From: Mobula hypostoma
Lineage: Eukaryota
Assembly: GCF_963921235.1 (NCBI RefSeq)
Contig: NC_086106.1
Location: 21,948,001 to 22,012,000, forward strand
Length of the DNA: 64,000 nt
Reading direction: 5' to 3'
Shown here: positions 49,690 to 62,554 of the stretch, in pieces
Numbering within the stretch: the first letter of the stretch is position 1
Layout of the letters: each line of letters starts with the position of its first letter
Program-made: the position numbers and the translations under genes
The notes under the pieces: generated by a model
Database searches by the model: none
What the model was told of the DNA's origin: nothing
What the model saw: only the letters and a program-made list of their open reading frames with translations

Positions 49690-52600
49690 CAACCTATACT
49701 TTTTCTCGAGACAATGTAACAATCTAGGACTCTCTTAAAAGATGTAATCGTTTCCACCTCCACCACCGCCGCTGGCAGCCCATTCCACCTAATTGCCACT
49801 CCCTGTGTAACAAAACTTATCCCTGAATTCCCCTCTGTACCTACTTCCAAGCACCTTAAAATTAACTTCTCTCGTTTTATCCATTTCAACCATGGGTAAA
49901 AGCCCCTGACAATCCACGCGATTAATGCATCTCATTATCCTGTACAGCTCTATCAGGTCACCTGACATCCTCCGTCGCTGCAAGAAGAAAAGCCCGAGTT
50001 CACTCAACCTGTTCTCACAAGGCATGCACACCAATCCAGTCAACATCCTTGTAAATCTCCACTGCACCCGTTCTGTAGTTTCTACTTTCTTCCTGTAATG
50101 GGGTGACGAGAGCTGAACACAGTACTCCAAGACGGGTCTGACCTGTGTCTTACAGAGCTGCTACATTACCTCTCTGCTCCTAAACTCAATTCCATGGTTG
50201 ATTAAGGTCAATGACCGGTGTGCCTTCTTAACCACAGAGTCAAATTGCGTAGCAGCTTTGGGTGTCCTATGATGTACTCGGACACCAAGATTCTTCTGAT
50301 ACTACACACTGCCAGGAGTCTTACCATTAGTGCTATATTCTGCAGGATGTTTGACAACGAAAATGAAGCACCTCACACTTCTCTGGGTTGAGCTCCATCT
50401 GCCACTTCTCAGCCCAGCTCTGCATCCTATCAATGTCCCGCTGTAAACTCTGACAGCCCTCCACACTCTCCACAACACACCCAACCTTTCTGTCTTCAGC
50501 AAATTTACTAACCCATCCCTCCACTTTCTCATTCAGGTCACTTCTAAAAATCACGAAAAGTAGTGGTCCCAGAACAGATGTCTGAGGCACACCACTGGAC
50601 ATTGACCACCATGCAGAATATGACCTATCTACAACCACTCTTAGCCTTTTTCGCAAGCCAGTTCTGTGTCCACAAAACAATGTCCCCTTGTATCCCATGC
50701 ATCCTTACTTTATCAATAAGATTTGCATGGGGTAGCTTAACAAATGACTTTCTGAAATCCATATGCACTACATCTACGGCTCCACCTTCATCAATGTGTT
50801 TAGTCACATCCTGAAAAAAAAAAACTCAATATGGCTCATCAGGCACGAGCTCCCTCTCACAAAGCCATGTTCACTTATCACAATCATATTATGCCTCTCC
50901 AAATGTTCATAAATCATGCCGCTCAGGATATTCTCCATCAACTTACAACTCCTGAAGTAAGGCTCACTGATCTCTAACTTCGTGGACTATCTTTACCCCC
51001 TTTCATTAATAAGGGAATAACATGCGCAACTGTCCAATCCTCCGGAATCTGTACCATCCTCACTGATGATGTAAAAATCATCACCAGAGTAGCAACAATC
51101 CCCTCCTTCGTTTCTCATAGTAGACAGTATTACATCCCATCCGGTCCCGGTGACATTCAACTTGATGCTTTCATAAAGGTCCAGCGCATCCTCTTATATC
51201 TTCTGGATCTGTATAATTACACAGTTTTTTTTTTTTACCTTTCCTAAGCTCTTCTTTTCTTCTTGACTAGATTTACAAAAGCCTTTGTACACCACAGTTA
51301 CTGTGTCCTACCACTCGTTCCCTGTTTTATTGGAAAGTACCTATGCAGAAGCCCGCGTAAATATCCCCTGCACATTTGCCATGTTTCTTCCCTACGTTTT
51401 CCTGAGAACAACTGTTTCTATTTAGGCTTCCAAATACCTGCCTGATAACCTCATATTTCCCCTTACTGCACTTATACGTTTCTGTAACTTGTCTGTTCCT
51501 ATCTCTCTTCAATGGTATGGTAACGGATATAGTATTGTGATCACTATCTCCAAAGTGCTCTCCCACTGCGAGACTTGATACATAACCGGGTTCATTTCCC
51601 AAAAACACGTCCAGTACAGCCTTTCTTTTTTTGTAGGCTTATCTGGATTTTGTATTGAAAAAAAAAAACAACCCCTCCTGATTACACCGAACATGTTCAA
51701 CCCCATCTAAACACCTCACTCTTTGATGTTGCCAATTAATATTTGGGAAATTAAAACCTCATACCACAACAATCTTGTTATTACTGCAACTTCGCAGAAT
51801 CTGTCTCCCTCTCTGCTCCTGATATCCCTGTCCCTATTGACTGTTTTGTAAAAAAAACAAAAACAGTCAGCAGAGCTATTTATCCTTACCTATTCCTAAT
51901 TTTCTCCCAAAGAACATCCGTAGACAACCCCTTGATGACTTCCTCCCTTTTCTGCACACGTGACACTGCCCCTGATCAACAGAGCCACACCCCCAACTCT
52001 TTTGCATACTTTCCTGACATTTCTAAAACACCTAAATCCTGGCAGTTGAAGTAGCCATTCCTGCTCTTGCACCATCCAAGTCTCTGTATCGGCGACAGCA
52101 TCACAGCTCCAAGTGCTGTTTCACGCTCTAGGCTCATCCGCTTTGTTTATAATACTCCATGAATTAAAATAGACACATCTCAAACCATCCCTTCTCCATC
52201 TACTGCCTATTCCTCCTTTCGGATTATCTCCAAGCTTTCACTATTTACAAACCAAACCCCCTTTCCTCCGTCACTTCAGTTTGGTTCGCACTCCTGCTCC
52301 CCCAGAAATTGTAGTTGGAAGTCTCCCTAATAACCTAAGCATACTTCCCCAACAGGATATTGACTCCCTGAGATTCAAGTGCAACCTGTCCTTTTTTGTA
52401 CTAGTCACATCTGTCCCAGGAGAGATCCCAATGATCCCGGAATCTGAATCCCTGCACTGCTTCAATCCCTCAGATACGCATTTATCCTCCACCTCCCTCT
52501 ATTCCTATACTCATTGTCACGTGTCAACGGCAGTAATCCCGAGTTTACTAATACCTTTGAGGTCCTTCTTTCGTAAACACAGTAATCTTTTTTCAGGATC

Positions 52601-53390
52601 TCCTCCCTGTTCCTACCAATGCCGTTGGTACCAATATGGACCACGACCGCTATATGTTCTCCGTCTCACTTCAGAACATCATCGACGCAATCAGAAACAG
52701 CCCGGACCCTGGCACCTGGAAGGCAAAATACCATCCGCGTTTCGTTCCTGCGTCCACCTAGCTCTGGAGACCCCTGTATTCCTGCCATCCTTTTCCTGTC
52801 CCTACCACTGTGAGCCGCAGGGCCAAATCTGTGTCACAGGCGGGACCACCGTTGCTTCCCCAGCTAGACCGTCCCCACCCTCTTCCCAACTGTACTCAAG
52901 CAGGACACTTATCGTCAAGGGGTACAGCCACAAAAGTGCTGACTATTACCCACTTATCTGTCTCCCCAGTGCCTGGAGTGACTCCATCCCTATAGCTCCT
53001 CTCTATCACCTCCTCACTTTCATTGACCAGAAGACATTGACCGAGCTGCATCTCCAGTTCCCCAGCCCGGTCCTTAAGTGCTGCAGATCGACGCCCCTGG
53101 TGCAGATTTGGCCGTTTGGAAGGTTGGGTGTTTCCAGGACCTCCCACGTCTGACAGCGAGGACAGAAATCCAGTCTAACACATATACGTCTTGTCTGCAT
53201 TCTACACAGATAAGCTACATCGTTTCGTCCCTTTATCTTCGAAGCCCCGTTGATCCAAAGCTCTACACCGTCGTCCGCTTCTGGAACGACCGCTGTATAA
53301 ATCTGTCCTTTTTCAAAACTCTTCTCGCTGTTGTCACTGGCTGACGTCCCCGCGTTTGTGCAGTCGTATTCAGTTCAAACTGCTGATGAA
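49690..53390 (-). mobile_element. Decayed near-full-length CR1 LINE (5' UTR, ORF1, EN, RT, 3' UTR)
   Basis: Minus ORFs: EYCVQLSSPHYRK..., VPQTSVLGPLLFVIF, AVDVVHMDFRKSF, SDHNTI, VHIGTNGIG, LEMQLGQCLLV (ORF1). Confidence 0.88.
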
Positions 53391-53579
53391 ATAAATTTTG
53401 GAAATTGTTTTTGTTCTGGAATTGCTTTTTTTTTTAAATTTGGAAATATTTCATAATATTTCAAGATTCAAGATATTCAAAGGTGCAAAGGTTCGAAGGT
53501 TAATGGGTCAAATTTAGTGCCAGAGAAATGAATACAATATACATCCAGAAATGATATTTATTCGCAAATATCCTCTTAA

Positions 53580-54960
53580 TAGCTTGTATTCTTCTATCAT
53601 ATATCCTCTCATCCTCCTTCTTTCCACAGAGTAAAACACTAGCTCCCTTAATCTCTGATCATAATGCATGCTCTCTAAACCAGGCAGCATCCTGGCAGAT
53701 CTCGCTATGTCCTTTCCAAAGCTTCCACATCCTTCCTATAGTGAGGCGACAAGTATCGGACACAGTACTCCGAGTGTGGCCTAACCAGAGGTTTATAGAT
53801 CAGCATCATTACCCCGCCTCCCTTATACTCTATCCCTCAAAAGCTAACACTCTATAAACTTTCTCCACTACCCTATCTGCCTATGTGACAACTTTCAGGG
53901 ATCTGTGGACATGTACTCCCAGGTCCCTATGCCCCTTCACACTTCCCAGTATCATGCCATTTACTCTGTCCTCTGGTTCGGAGTTTGTCCTTCAGAAGTC
54001 TACCATCTCACTCTTCTCGGGGTTCAACTCCATCTGCCACTTCTCAGCAAATATCTGCATCTTATCAAAGTCTCTCTACAATCTGTGACAAATCTCTACA
54101 CTATCCATAATAGTGTCGTCTGCAAACTTGTCAACCCACGTTTCTACTCCGACATCTAGGTCCTTAATAAAAAACACGAAAAGTAGACGTACCATAAACG
54201 AGCCTTGTGGGCAACACTTGTCACAACCCTCCAATCCGAATGTACTCCCTCTACCACGACATTCGGCTTTTCTGCAGGCAAGCTAATTCTGAATCCACCT
54301 GGCCAAACTTCCTTGGATCCCATGCCTTATGACCTTCTGAATAAGCCTACTGGGTGGATCCTTGACAAATGACTTATTAAAATCCAGGTAGATAACAGCC
54401 ACTGCATTAACCGCATCTCTATGCCAGATCACTTCGTCAAAGTAGACTGTCAGGCCTGTTAGACACGATCTGCCCTTCACGAGGCCATGCTGACTGTCCC
54501 TGGTTAGACCATGCTACTCTAAATGCCCACAGATCTTATCTCCGAGAATCCTTTCCAATAACTTTCCCACCACAGACGTACGGCTCACTAGGCTATAATT
54601 ACCCGCATTATCACTACTACATTGTTTTTGAACAAGGGGACAATATTTGCCTCCCTCCAATCCTCCCTTACCATTCCCGTGGACAACAAGGACATAAAAT
54701 CCCAGCCAGAGGCTCCACAATCTTTTCCATCGCCTGGTAGAGCAGCCTCGGAATATTTCACCAGGTTCCGGGGACTTATCCGTCCTAATGTATTTTAACA
54801 ACTCCAACACCTCCTGTCCCCTAATATCAGCATGCTCTGAAACACCAACCTCACTCTTATTGTCCTCACCTTCATCAGGTTACCTCTCGTTGTTGAATAC
54901 CGAAAAAAAAGTATTCAATGAGGACCTCGCTAACTTGCACAGCATCCAGGCACATCTTCC
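53580..54960 (-). mobile_element. Second CR1 RT fragment
   Basis: Minus ORFs KGRSCLT.L..YFDEV...IYLDFNKSF and NYSLVSRTSVVGKLLERIL. Confidence 0.85.
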
Positions 54961-55297
54961 CACCATTATCAAAATTCGCAGAAGGTCAACTTACAGAATT
55001 CTGTCTACAGTGTATGTAAATAACAGAACCAGGATTGATACGCAGTTATTCGAATTACGCTCAGAATGTGTTTGGGAAAAAAGAAAAAAAAATGTACAGC
55101 CATGAGCTGCAGAACACGCAGAGGGCTTTGCGACTTTTATTTATGTATTTATTTATTTATTTTTTTGCAGTGAAATCACAAATATTATTGTTTTCCAAAA
55201 GTACAAGGTCAAATTTCTGCCACTGCTGGTTCATTACGCAACAAATGAGTGTCTTGTTTCACTGGGAAATACCTTAAAGCGATGTTAGATAAACAGG

Positions 55298-58200
55298 TGT
55301 AAAGGGTTCTTCTTATTTGTTACTGCTAAGGTCAATAAATTGTTTTTTTTTTCTGTAGAGTTAATTGCTGAGACAGAGATTATCTATAGCAGTATGTCTG
55401 GGTTATAATTAGTGATAACCGGACTTTTATTCATGTATTAACCAATTAGGGATAGATGTCATTCTTTCTGCCTGTGTGAAAGCTGGTAGTTGCGCGGGCT
55501 TTGAGGAGAAGGCGCAGGAGGATGAAGAGCGAAGAGGTGGCTAGAGGAGACGGTTGCCAGACCGGCTGGGGCCTGGGGACAGGGCAGGAGCCCACGGTTC
55601 GACGACGAGCGAAGGAGGATCAGCAACAGGGAATCCGTGAGCTCCAACGTTTGTGCATTGGAAATCTATATGAGATTATTGGCGCCATTTATTTGTCTTC
55701 CTTTTCTTTTGTTCTCTACTAACTCCATACTTAAAAATAAAATCTTACTCGTTTAACCGCACATTGTGGACTGAATGATAGGACTGAGGGATAGACGTGA
55801 AGGAAGGGGAGGTGGGGGTGGCGTTGCTGGTTAATGAAGAGATTAACGCAACAGAAAGGAAAGACATAAGCCGGGAAGATGTGGAATCGATATGGGTAGA
55901 GCTGCGTAACACTAAGGGGCAGAAGACGCTCGTGGGAGTTGTGTACAGGCCACCTAACAGTAGTAGTGAGGTCGGAGATGGTATTAAACAGGAAATAAGA
56001 AATGTGTGCAATAAAGGAACAGCAGTTATAATGGCTGACTTCAATCTACATATAGACTGGGTGATCCAAATTGGTAAAGGTGCTGAGGAAGAGGATTTCT
56101 TGGAATGTATGCGGGATGGTTTTTTGAACCAACATGTCGAGGAACCAACTAGAGAGCAGGTTATTCTGGACTGGGTTTTGAGCAATGAGGAAGAGTTGAT
56201 TAGCAATCTTGTCGTGAGAGGCCACTTGGGTAAGAGTGACCATAATATGGTGGAATTCTTCATTAAGATGGAGAGTGACATAGTTAATTCAGAAACAAAG
56301 GTTCTGAACTTAAAGAGGGGTAACTTTGAAGGAACGAGACGTGAATTAGCTAAGATAGACTGGCAAATGGCACTTAAAGGATTGACGGTGGATATGCAAT
56401 GGCAAGCATTTAAAGGTTGCATGGATGAACTACAACAATTGTTTATCCCAGTTTAGCAAAAGAATAAACCAAGGAAGGTAGTGCACCCGTGGCTGACAAG
56501 AGCAATTAGGGATAGTATCAATTCAAAGAAGAAGCATACAAATTAGCCAGAGAAAGTGGCTCACCTGAGGACTGGGAGAAATTCAGAGTTCAGCAGTGGA
56601 GGACAAAGGGCTTAATTAGGAAGGGGAAAAACAGATTATGAAAGAAAACTGGCAGGGAACATAAAAACGGACTGTAAAAGCTTTTATAGATATGTTAAAA
56701 GGAAAAGACTGGTAAATACAAATGTAGGTCCCCTGCAGACAGAAAAAGGTGAATTGATTATGGGGAGCAAGGACATGGCAGACCAATTGAATAATTACTT
56801 TGGTTCTGTCTTCACTAAGGAGGACATAAATAATCTTCCAGAAATAGTAAGGGACAGAGGGTCCAGTGAGATGGAGGAACTGAGCGAAATACAAGTAAGT
56901 AGGGAAGTGGTGTTAGGTAAATTGAAGGGATTGAAGGCATATAAATCCCCAGGGACAGATGGTCTACATCCTAGAGTGCTTAAGGGAGTATCCCAAGAAA
57001 TAGTGGATGCATTAGTGTTAATTTTTCAAAACTCGTTAGATTCTGGACTAGTTCCTGAGGATTGGAGGGTGGCTAATGTAACCCCACTTTTCAAAAAAGG
57101 AGGGAGAGAGAAACCGGGGAATTATAGACCGGTTAGCCTAACGTCGGTGGTGGGGAAACTGCTGGAGTCAGTTATCAAGGATGTGATAACAGCACATTTG
57201 GAAAGCGGTGAAATGATCGGACAAAGTCAGCATGGATTTGTGAAAGGAAAATCATGTCTGACGAATCTCATAGGAATTTTTTTTGAGGATGTAACTAGCA
57301 GAGTGGATAGGGGAAAGCCAGTGGATGTGGTATATTTGGATTTTCAAAAGGCTTTTGACAAGGTCCCACACAGGAGATTAGTGTGCAAACTTAAAGCACA
57401 CGGTATTGGGGGTAAGGTATTGTTCTCGTTGGAGAATTGTTTAGCAGACGGGAAGCAAAGAGTGGGAATAAACGGGACCTTTTTCAGAATGGCAGGCGGT
57501 GACTAGTGGGGTATCGCAAGGCTCAGCGCTGGGACCCCAGTTGTTTACAATATATATTAATGACTTGGATGAGGAAATTAAATGCAGCATCTCCAAGTTT
57601 GCGAATGAAACGAAGCTGGGTGGAAGTGTTAGCAGTGAGGAGGATGCTAAGAGGATGCAGGGTGACTTGGATAGGTTGGGTGAGTGGGCAAATTTCTGGC
57701 AGATGCAATTGAATGTGGATAAATGTGAAGTTATCCACTTTGGTGGCAAAAATAGGAAAACAGATTATTATCTGAATGGTGGCCGATTAGGAAAAGGGGC
57801 GGGGGGTGCAACGAGACCTGGGTGTCATTATACACCAGTCGTTGAAAGTGGGCATGCAGGTACAGCAGGCGGTGGAAAAGGCGAATGGTATGCTGGCATT
57901 TATAGCGAGAGGATTCGAGTACAGGAGCAGGGAGGTACTACTGCAGTTGTACAGGGCCTTGGTGAGACCACACCTGGAGTATTGTGTGCAGTTTTGGTCC
58001 CCTAATCTGAGGAAAGACATCTTTGACATAGAGGGAGTACAAAGAAGGTTCACCAGATTGATTCCTGGGATGGCAGGACTTTCATATGAAGAAAGACTGG
58101 ATGAACTGGGCTTGTACTCGTTGGAATTTAGAAGATTGAGGGGGGATCTGATTGAAACGTATAAGATCCTGAAGGGATTGGACAGGCTAGATGCAGGAAG

Positions 58201-58678
58201 ATTGTTCCCGATGTTGGGGAAGTCCAGAACGAGGGGTCACAGTTTGAGGATAGAGGGGAAGCCTTTTAGGACCGTGATTAGGAAAAACTTCTTCACACAG
58301 AGAGTGGTGAATCTGTAGAATTCTCTGCCACAGGAAACAGTTGAGGGCAGTTCATTGGCTACATTTAAGAGGGAGTTAGATATGGCCCTTGTGGCTACGG
58401 GGGTCAGTGGGTATGGAGGGAAGGCTGGGGCGGGGTTCTGAGTTGGATGATCAACCATGATCATAATAAATGGCGGTGCAGGCTCGAAGTGCCGATTGGC
58501 CTACTCCTGCACCTATTTTCTATGTTTCTATGAATGTTATTTCTGGGTACTGATGTTACACGAGAGACACAACACACATCATCCAGCCAAACTTTATTGC
58601 CCAGTGCGGCGGGGCCGAAGGCTGCTTTCCCCAGACGAAAGCGAGCTCAGTGAGTCTGAGGCTTATTATAGGCCTACA
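55298..58678 (+). repeat. 5' LTR (~620 bp; 55298-55777 + 58537-58678) split by a CR1 insertion
   Basis: TGTA...TACA termini. Sequence to 55777 matches the 3' LTR, and TGAATG is duplicated at both CR1 junctions. Confidence 0.8.
55778..58530 (+). mobile_element. 5'-truncated CR1 LINE nested in the Gypsy 5' LTR
   Basis: Long ORF2 pieces (GGVALLV, VYRPP, ADFN, SDHN, NYRPVSLTS, YLDFQKAFDKVPH, QGSALGP, LVRPHLEYCVQFW). Ends in a TTTCTATG-type tail. Confidence 0.95.
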
Positions 58679-58681
58679 TTG

Positions 58682-58699
58682 TGGCGGCTCGTCCTGGAT
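58682..58699 (+). promoter_or_regulatory. Primer-binding site, tRNA-Pro type
   Basis: TGGCGGCTCGTCCTGGAT matches the tRNA-Pro PBS TGGGGGCTCGTCCGGGAT at 16/18, 3 nt after the LTR end. Confidence 0.75.
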
Positions 58700-60874
58700 A
58701 TGGATTTTTGTAGCGTGCTCTGTGATTGCCCTGTTTAAGTCACTGCTGTGTGTCTTTCGAATTGCAGTTAATACTGAGTACCTCCGTGGGATTGCGGTTA
58801 GTAACGGGTTGAGAGGGGTGGATATTCGTACCTTGGATGAACTGTTAATTCGATTTTTGGGTACGGTTAAAGCTGATGGTGAAGTTGAAACCCCAGGACA
58901 AAAGTTTGATAAAATGTCGGGCTCAGAACTTGCTTCAGCGTGGGCTAGCGCTGACTCCACGAAGCTGGGATTGCCAGTGTCTATTGATTCCCCACATGAG
59001 GCGGGGATATGGCCTGTCCATGCTGTCATGAGGGAGGGGGAATAGTGGTCGGATTTTTACTGCTATGGTGGGCTCGGCCCCTATCTTTAGAATAATGTCC
59101 ACCCTAAAGGGGCGGATGGTTTGGGCGGAGCGGATCTCTCAGTTGGTGGATGAGTGGCAGTGCTCAGTTGAGGGAGAGCAACAGGGATTGGTTGAAAGTT
59201 TGAGTAGTCGGGCTGTTGATGGTGTTAGAATTGTCAGGTTCAATTACCCCGTAGTGACAGCGGTCAGTTATCTGAAGCGGGGGGGGGGGGGGATGCGTCT
59301 GTTTTGACTGGAAGTAAAATGCAGCATCTGGCGGGGTGGGTGGGGGGTGCTTTCCATACCTGTGTCAGGAATTTGGAGAAAAGCTTTCAGTGTATCTCCT
59401 CTGGCTAGGAGGGCAGGTAAATTGCTTGCAGTGCCAGGGGGATCGTTTCAGTGGATCAGCCCCTACCTCAGTTGTTCAGCTGACCAGAGAGGTGTCAGGA
59501 AACTCAGTGGAGGCCCAGTGTGGGAACGGCTTGGGGTCTCTGGGGAACACGCTCCCAGCAATGTACCAAGGAACTTGCGAGAGGAAAATACCCTATTTTT
59601 TCAGGCTTAGAGTGACCCCGCCCACGTGTGTCGTTACGGATAGATGGAAGCTATGCTAAGGCAATCCTCGACACTGGGGTGCAAGTGTAGTTGATGTTCA
59701 GTTCGTTTTACAACCGGTATTTGAAGCATTTACTCTCGAAACCATTCGGGGCTCTGTAAATTCGGAACATGAGTAGTGGGGATTACCCAGCAAACGATTA
59801 TGGGTCAGTGAAAAGGTGGAGGTCTCTGAGTTTCGTGAATCGTTAATGCTGACCTGACCGGACACTGTTGAGACGGGCAGCGTTTCGATTCCGGAGGGGA
59901 CCGATACCCGGCCGACGACGAGGCGTATGGGTGCCTGCCAGGAGGAGGCGGGTGAGAGCTGTCAGGGGCGTTTCTGTGCACCCAGTGTTTCGAGCTGCTT
60001 GTGAGGACGTGTGTAGCAGCATTGGACTGGTACGAAATTTAAACGAGAGCCGTTGGTGGTACGGATTTGAGGAAGTACATGAGGATAGGACCCTCTTAGT
60101 AGACGCTCCGAAATTTCGTGAGGGAGGAGAGTTGACCGCTGAAGACACCTCGATGAAAGAGGGGTCGCGGCGACTGGCCCCTGGATACGTGGAATTTGTA
60201 GGCAGCGTATCTGTCGATTATAGGACTCTGACCAGACGCACTGTCATTGACCAGAATACGGCCCTGAGGGTCAAGAACGCTATGGTTTGTTTGTGTGGTG
60301 CGACATGGTTTAACGTGCTGGATCTGAGGAGTGGATGTTGACATATCTCGATGATTGAGGCAGGCAAGGAGAAGTCGGTTGTTATTGATTCTCTAGGATT
60401 CTTCCGCTCCGAAAAGATGTCAAAGGGCATTTTCGGAGCTTCTGCAGCTTTCCCGCGGGGCATAAGGTCTACCGTCGGGGAAGTGAAGGTGTGTGGAGTT
60501 CTGGTGTATGTGGATGATCGTCTAGAGTTTCGGATCGCCTTAGGTGACAATGATGTGAGGCGAGTGGCGAAGCTCGGGGGACAAAGACTTAAATAATTCA
60601 AACTTTTTTGGACGAGTTGCCAGGTCTTAGCAAGTTGCAGTTCATGTACTCTCTGTGTTCAGCTGTGGAATTCTCTGGTAATTTTTGGAAATTCATCAGG
60701 GAGAAGAAAGAATCGGGGCGGGGGTGGGTGGGGGGGGGGGAGTGAAAGCGACCCAAGCGAAATGTAAAATCTGGGGTAGCTTTTGGCCGGCGGAGTTTGG
60801 TGCAATCTGACAGAAATGACCCTACAGAACTGTAGCACTTTCTAGTGTTGTTACAGACGTTCGCGGGCCTCGGG

Positions 60875-61589
60875 ATGGAAAAGCAGGTCGTCAATCAGAG
60901 TGAGACACTGGGAATATAGGCTATTTGCACCGCTGAACTGAGCGCTCAGAAATGCAGGCTGACAGGTCACACTTTTGGGACAAACCTTGAGGACTTGGAG
61001 TTCATGCTCGTCAAAGTGGAGGCGGAGAAACGGAATTTCAAGCAGAAATTCCGGCCACTTACTGTTGAATTAATCCAGAAAAGATTGGAAGACTTACAAG
61101 TTGGGGAAGACAACGGAAGCTGTCTGACTAAGGCCAACAGAAAACCGACAGCCCGGAGAGTGGAGTTCGACTACACTTCCAAGGAGGTGAAACAATGTCG
61201 GACAGATCTCTGAACAGGGAAACAGACGCCTCAATGGAACCTGAAGATGACCATCGAGAATTTAAATCAACTGGCAAAAATGAGAAATGACCTGGTAGAA
61301 GTCCTCAGGAAGAAAAAAGTTGGATGTAAGTTCAGTGAACACTAAGCTGATGGCTGAACATTCTTTAACTGCTACTTTTCAGGTCAGGGTGGAAGAAGTT
61401 GGTGGTGTAATTGCGTCCCAGATTGAGATGGACAAGAGGCGTGAGTCAGATCTGCTGCGACTGGGGTGAGAGTTGGAGGAGTCCAAAAAGATGATGACGT
61501 CTCGATTGCAGGAGGCTAAAGAGGCTGCAGAGGCAGCCCAAGCTAAGTGCTTCAGTTTGGAGAGAATCAAACAGCAGCTACCGATCGAG
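60875..61589 (+). pseudogene. Intronless, internally deleted myosin heavy chain rod fragment (MYH16-like) inside the Gypsy element
   Basis: Translated blocks TAELSAQKCRL, LEDLEFMLVKVEAEKR, LEDLQVGEDNGSCLTKAN, LKMTIENLN..LVEVLRKK, VSSVNTKL..EHSL, GGVIASQIEMDKRRESDLLRL, ELEESKKMMTSRLQEAKEAAEAAQAKCFSLERIKQQL follow the order of the sarcomeric myosin rod. LKMTI.NL and RLQEA.EAAE.AQA are as I recall for MYH16. Confidence 0.8.
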
Positions 61590-62105
61590 GGAATGGGGAA
61601 GGATACGGATTCGAAGGATGATGTACTGGATGTGCGGTACGTGCAGTTTTTCGCTAACTTCCCCTTGACTGAAAAGAGAATTTTGGCCGTTCTCCCACTG
61701 AGTCAGGTATAGTGAGGAGGATTACCTTTGGACAGCCTGGGTTACAGCAGGACTTTGAAGGAAAAGAAGTCGCTCCCAGACACAGGACACGGGGTTTCGA
61801 GTTGCAGTGGGGGCATGAGTGAGAGAATGAGAGAGGAGTCGGCAAGCAGACCGGAGGTATCCCCAGTAGTGTCGAGCCTTAAAGGTTTAAGTGATGGGGT
61901 ACGGAGATCTCAGAGGAGTAGGAAACTCCCAGATAGGTTGGACTATATAGCACCCGTGGGACCGGGGGTAAGGTCAACTATTTGGGGAACAATGTCACTG
62001 TTTGTACCTGGATTGTTTTTTTTTTTGTATCTGGAGGAAGGCTTGCGAGTTATTTAGAAGTCATAAGGACGTGGATAAATTTGGTGGGCGGGGGGGGGGG
62101 GTGAG

Positions 62106-62550
62106 TGTAAGTGTTTCTTCTTTTATGTTACTGCTAAACTGAATAAAATGGCTTCACTGTACTGTTAACTGCTGAGACAATGGTTCTTTATGGCAGTATG
62201 TTTGGATTATAATTAGTGATAACGGGACATGTATTCATTTGTTAACCGATTAGGATAGATTTTTGTTTTCTTTCTGTCTGTGTAAAAACTATTAGTTGCG
62301 CGGTCTTTGGGGAGACGGCGCGAAGAGGATGAACAGAGAAGAGGTGGCTTGAGAAGACGGCTGCGGGACCCGCAGGTCCTGGGCTCTGGGCGGGAGCTCA
62401 GGGATCGACTACGAGTGAAGGAGGATCAGCGACAGGGAATCCGTGAGCTCCAACGTTTGTGCACTGGACATGCTTATGAGATTATTGGCGCCTGTTATTT
62501 GTTTTTTTTTATTTTGTTGTTCTCTGCTAACCCGATACTTAAATTGGGAC
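62106..62550 (+). repeat. 3' LTR (truncated by CR1)
   Basis: Collinear with 55298-55735, e.g. shared CAGGGAATCCGTGAGCTCCAACGTTTGTGCA and TATAATTAGTGATAAC. Confidence 0.85.
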
Positions 62551-62554
62551 TACT

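Larger units (their letters stand above)
55298..62550 (+). mobile_element. Gypsy LTR retrotransposon (defective; PNMA-like gag, protease, RT, captured myosin fragment, 3' LTR truncated)
   Basis: 5' LTR TGTAA(55298)...CTACA(58678) and 3' LTR from TGTAA at 62106 are collinear. PBS 58682; G-rich PPT before 62106. gag SQLVDEWQCS...LVESL; protease KAILDTG (~59661); RT VDYRTL.RRT...[10 protein letters not shown] and VLVYVDD. Confidence 0.88.

Noticed and set aside
50721-50728. ATTTGCAT octamer downstream of the gene
   Set aside because: It lies inside CR1 RT sequence and is likely incidental.
52281-53153. 290-aa plus-strand ORF
   Set aside because: It is antisense to CR1 ORF1, a shadow frame.
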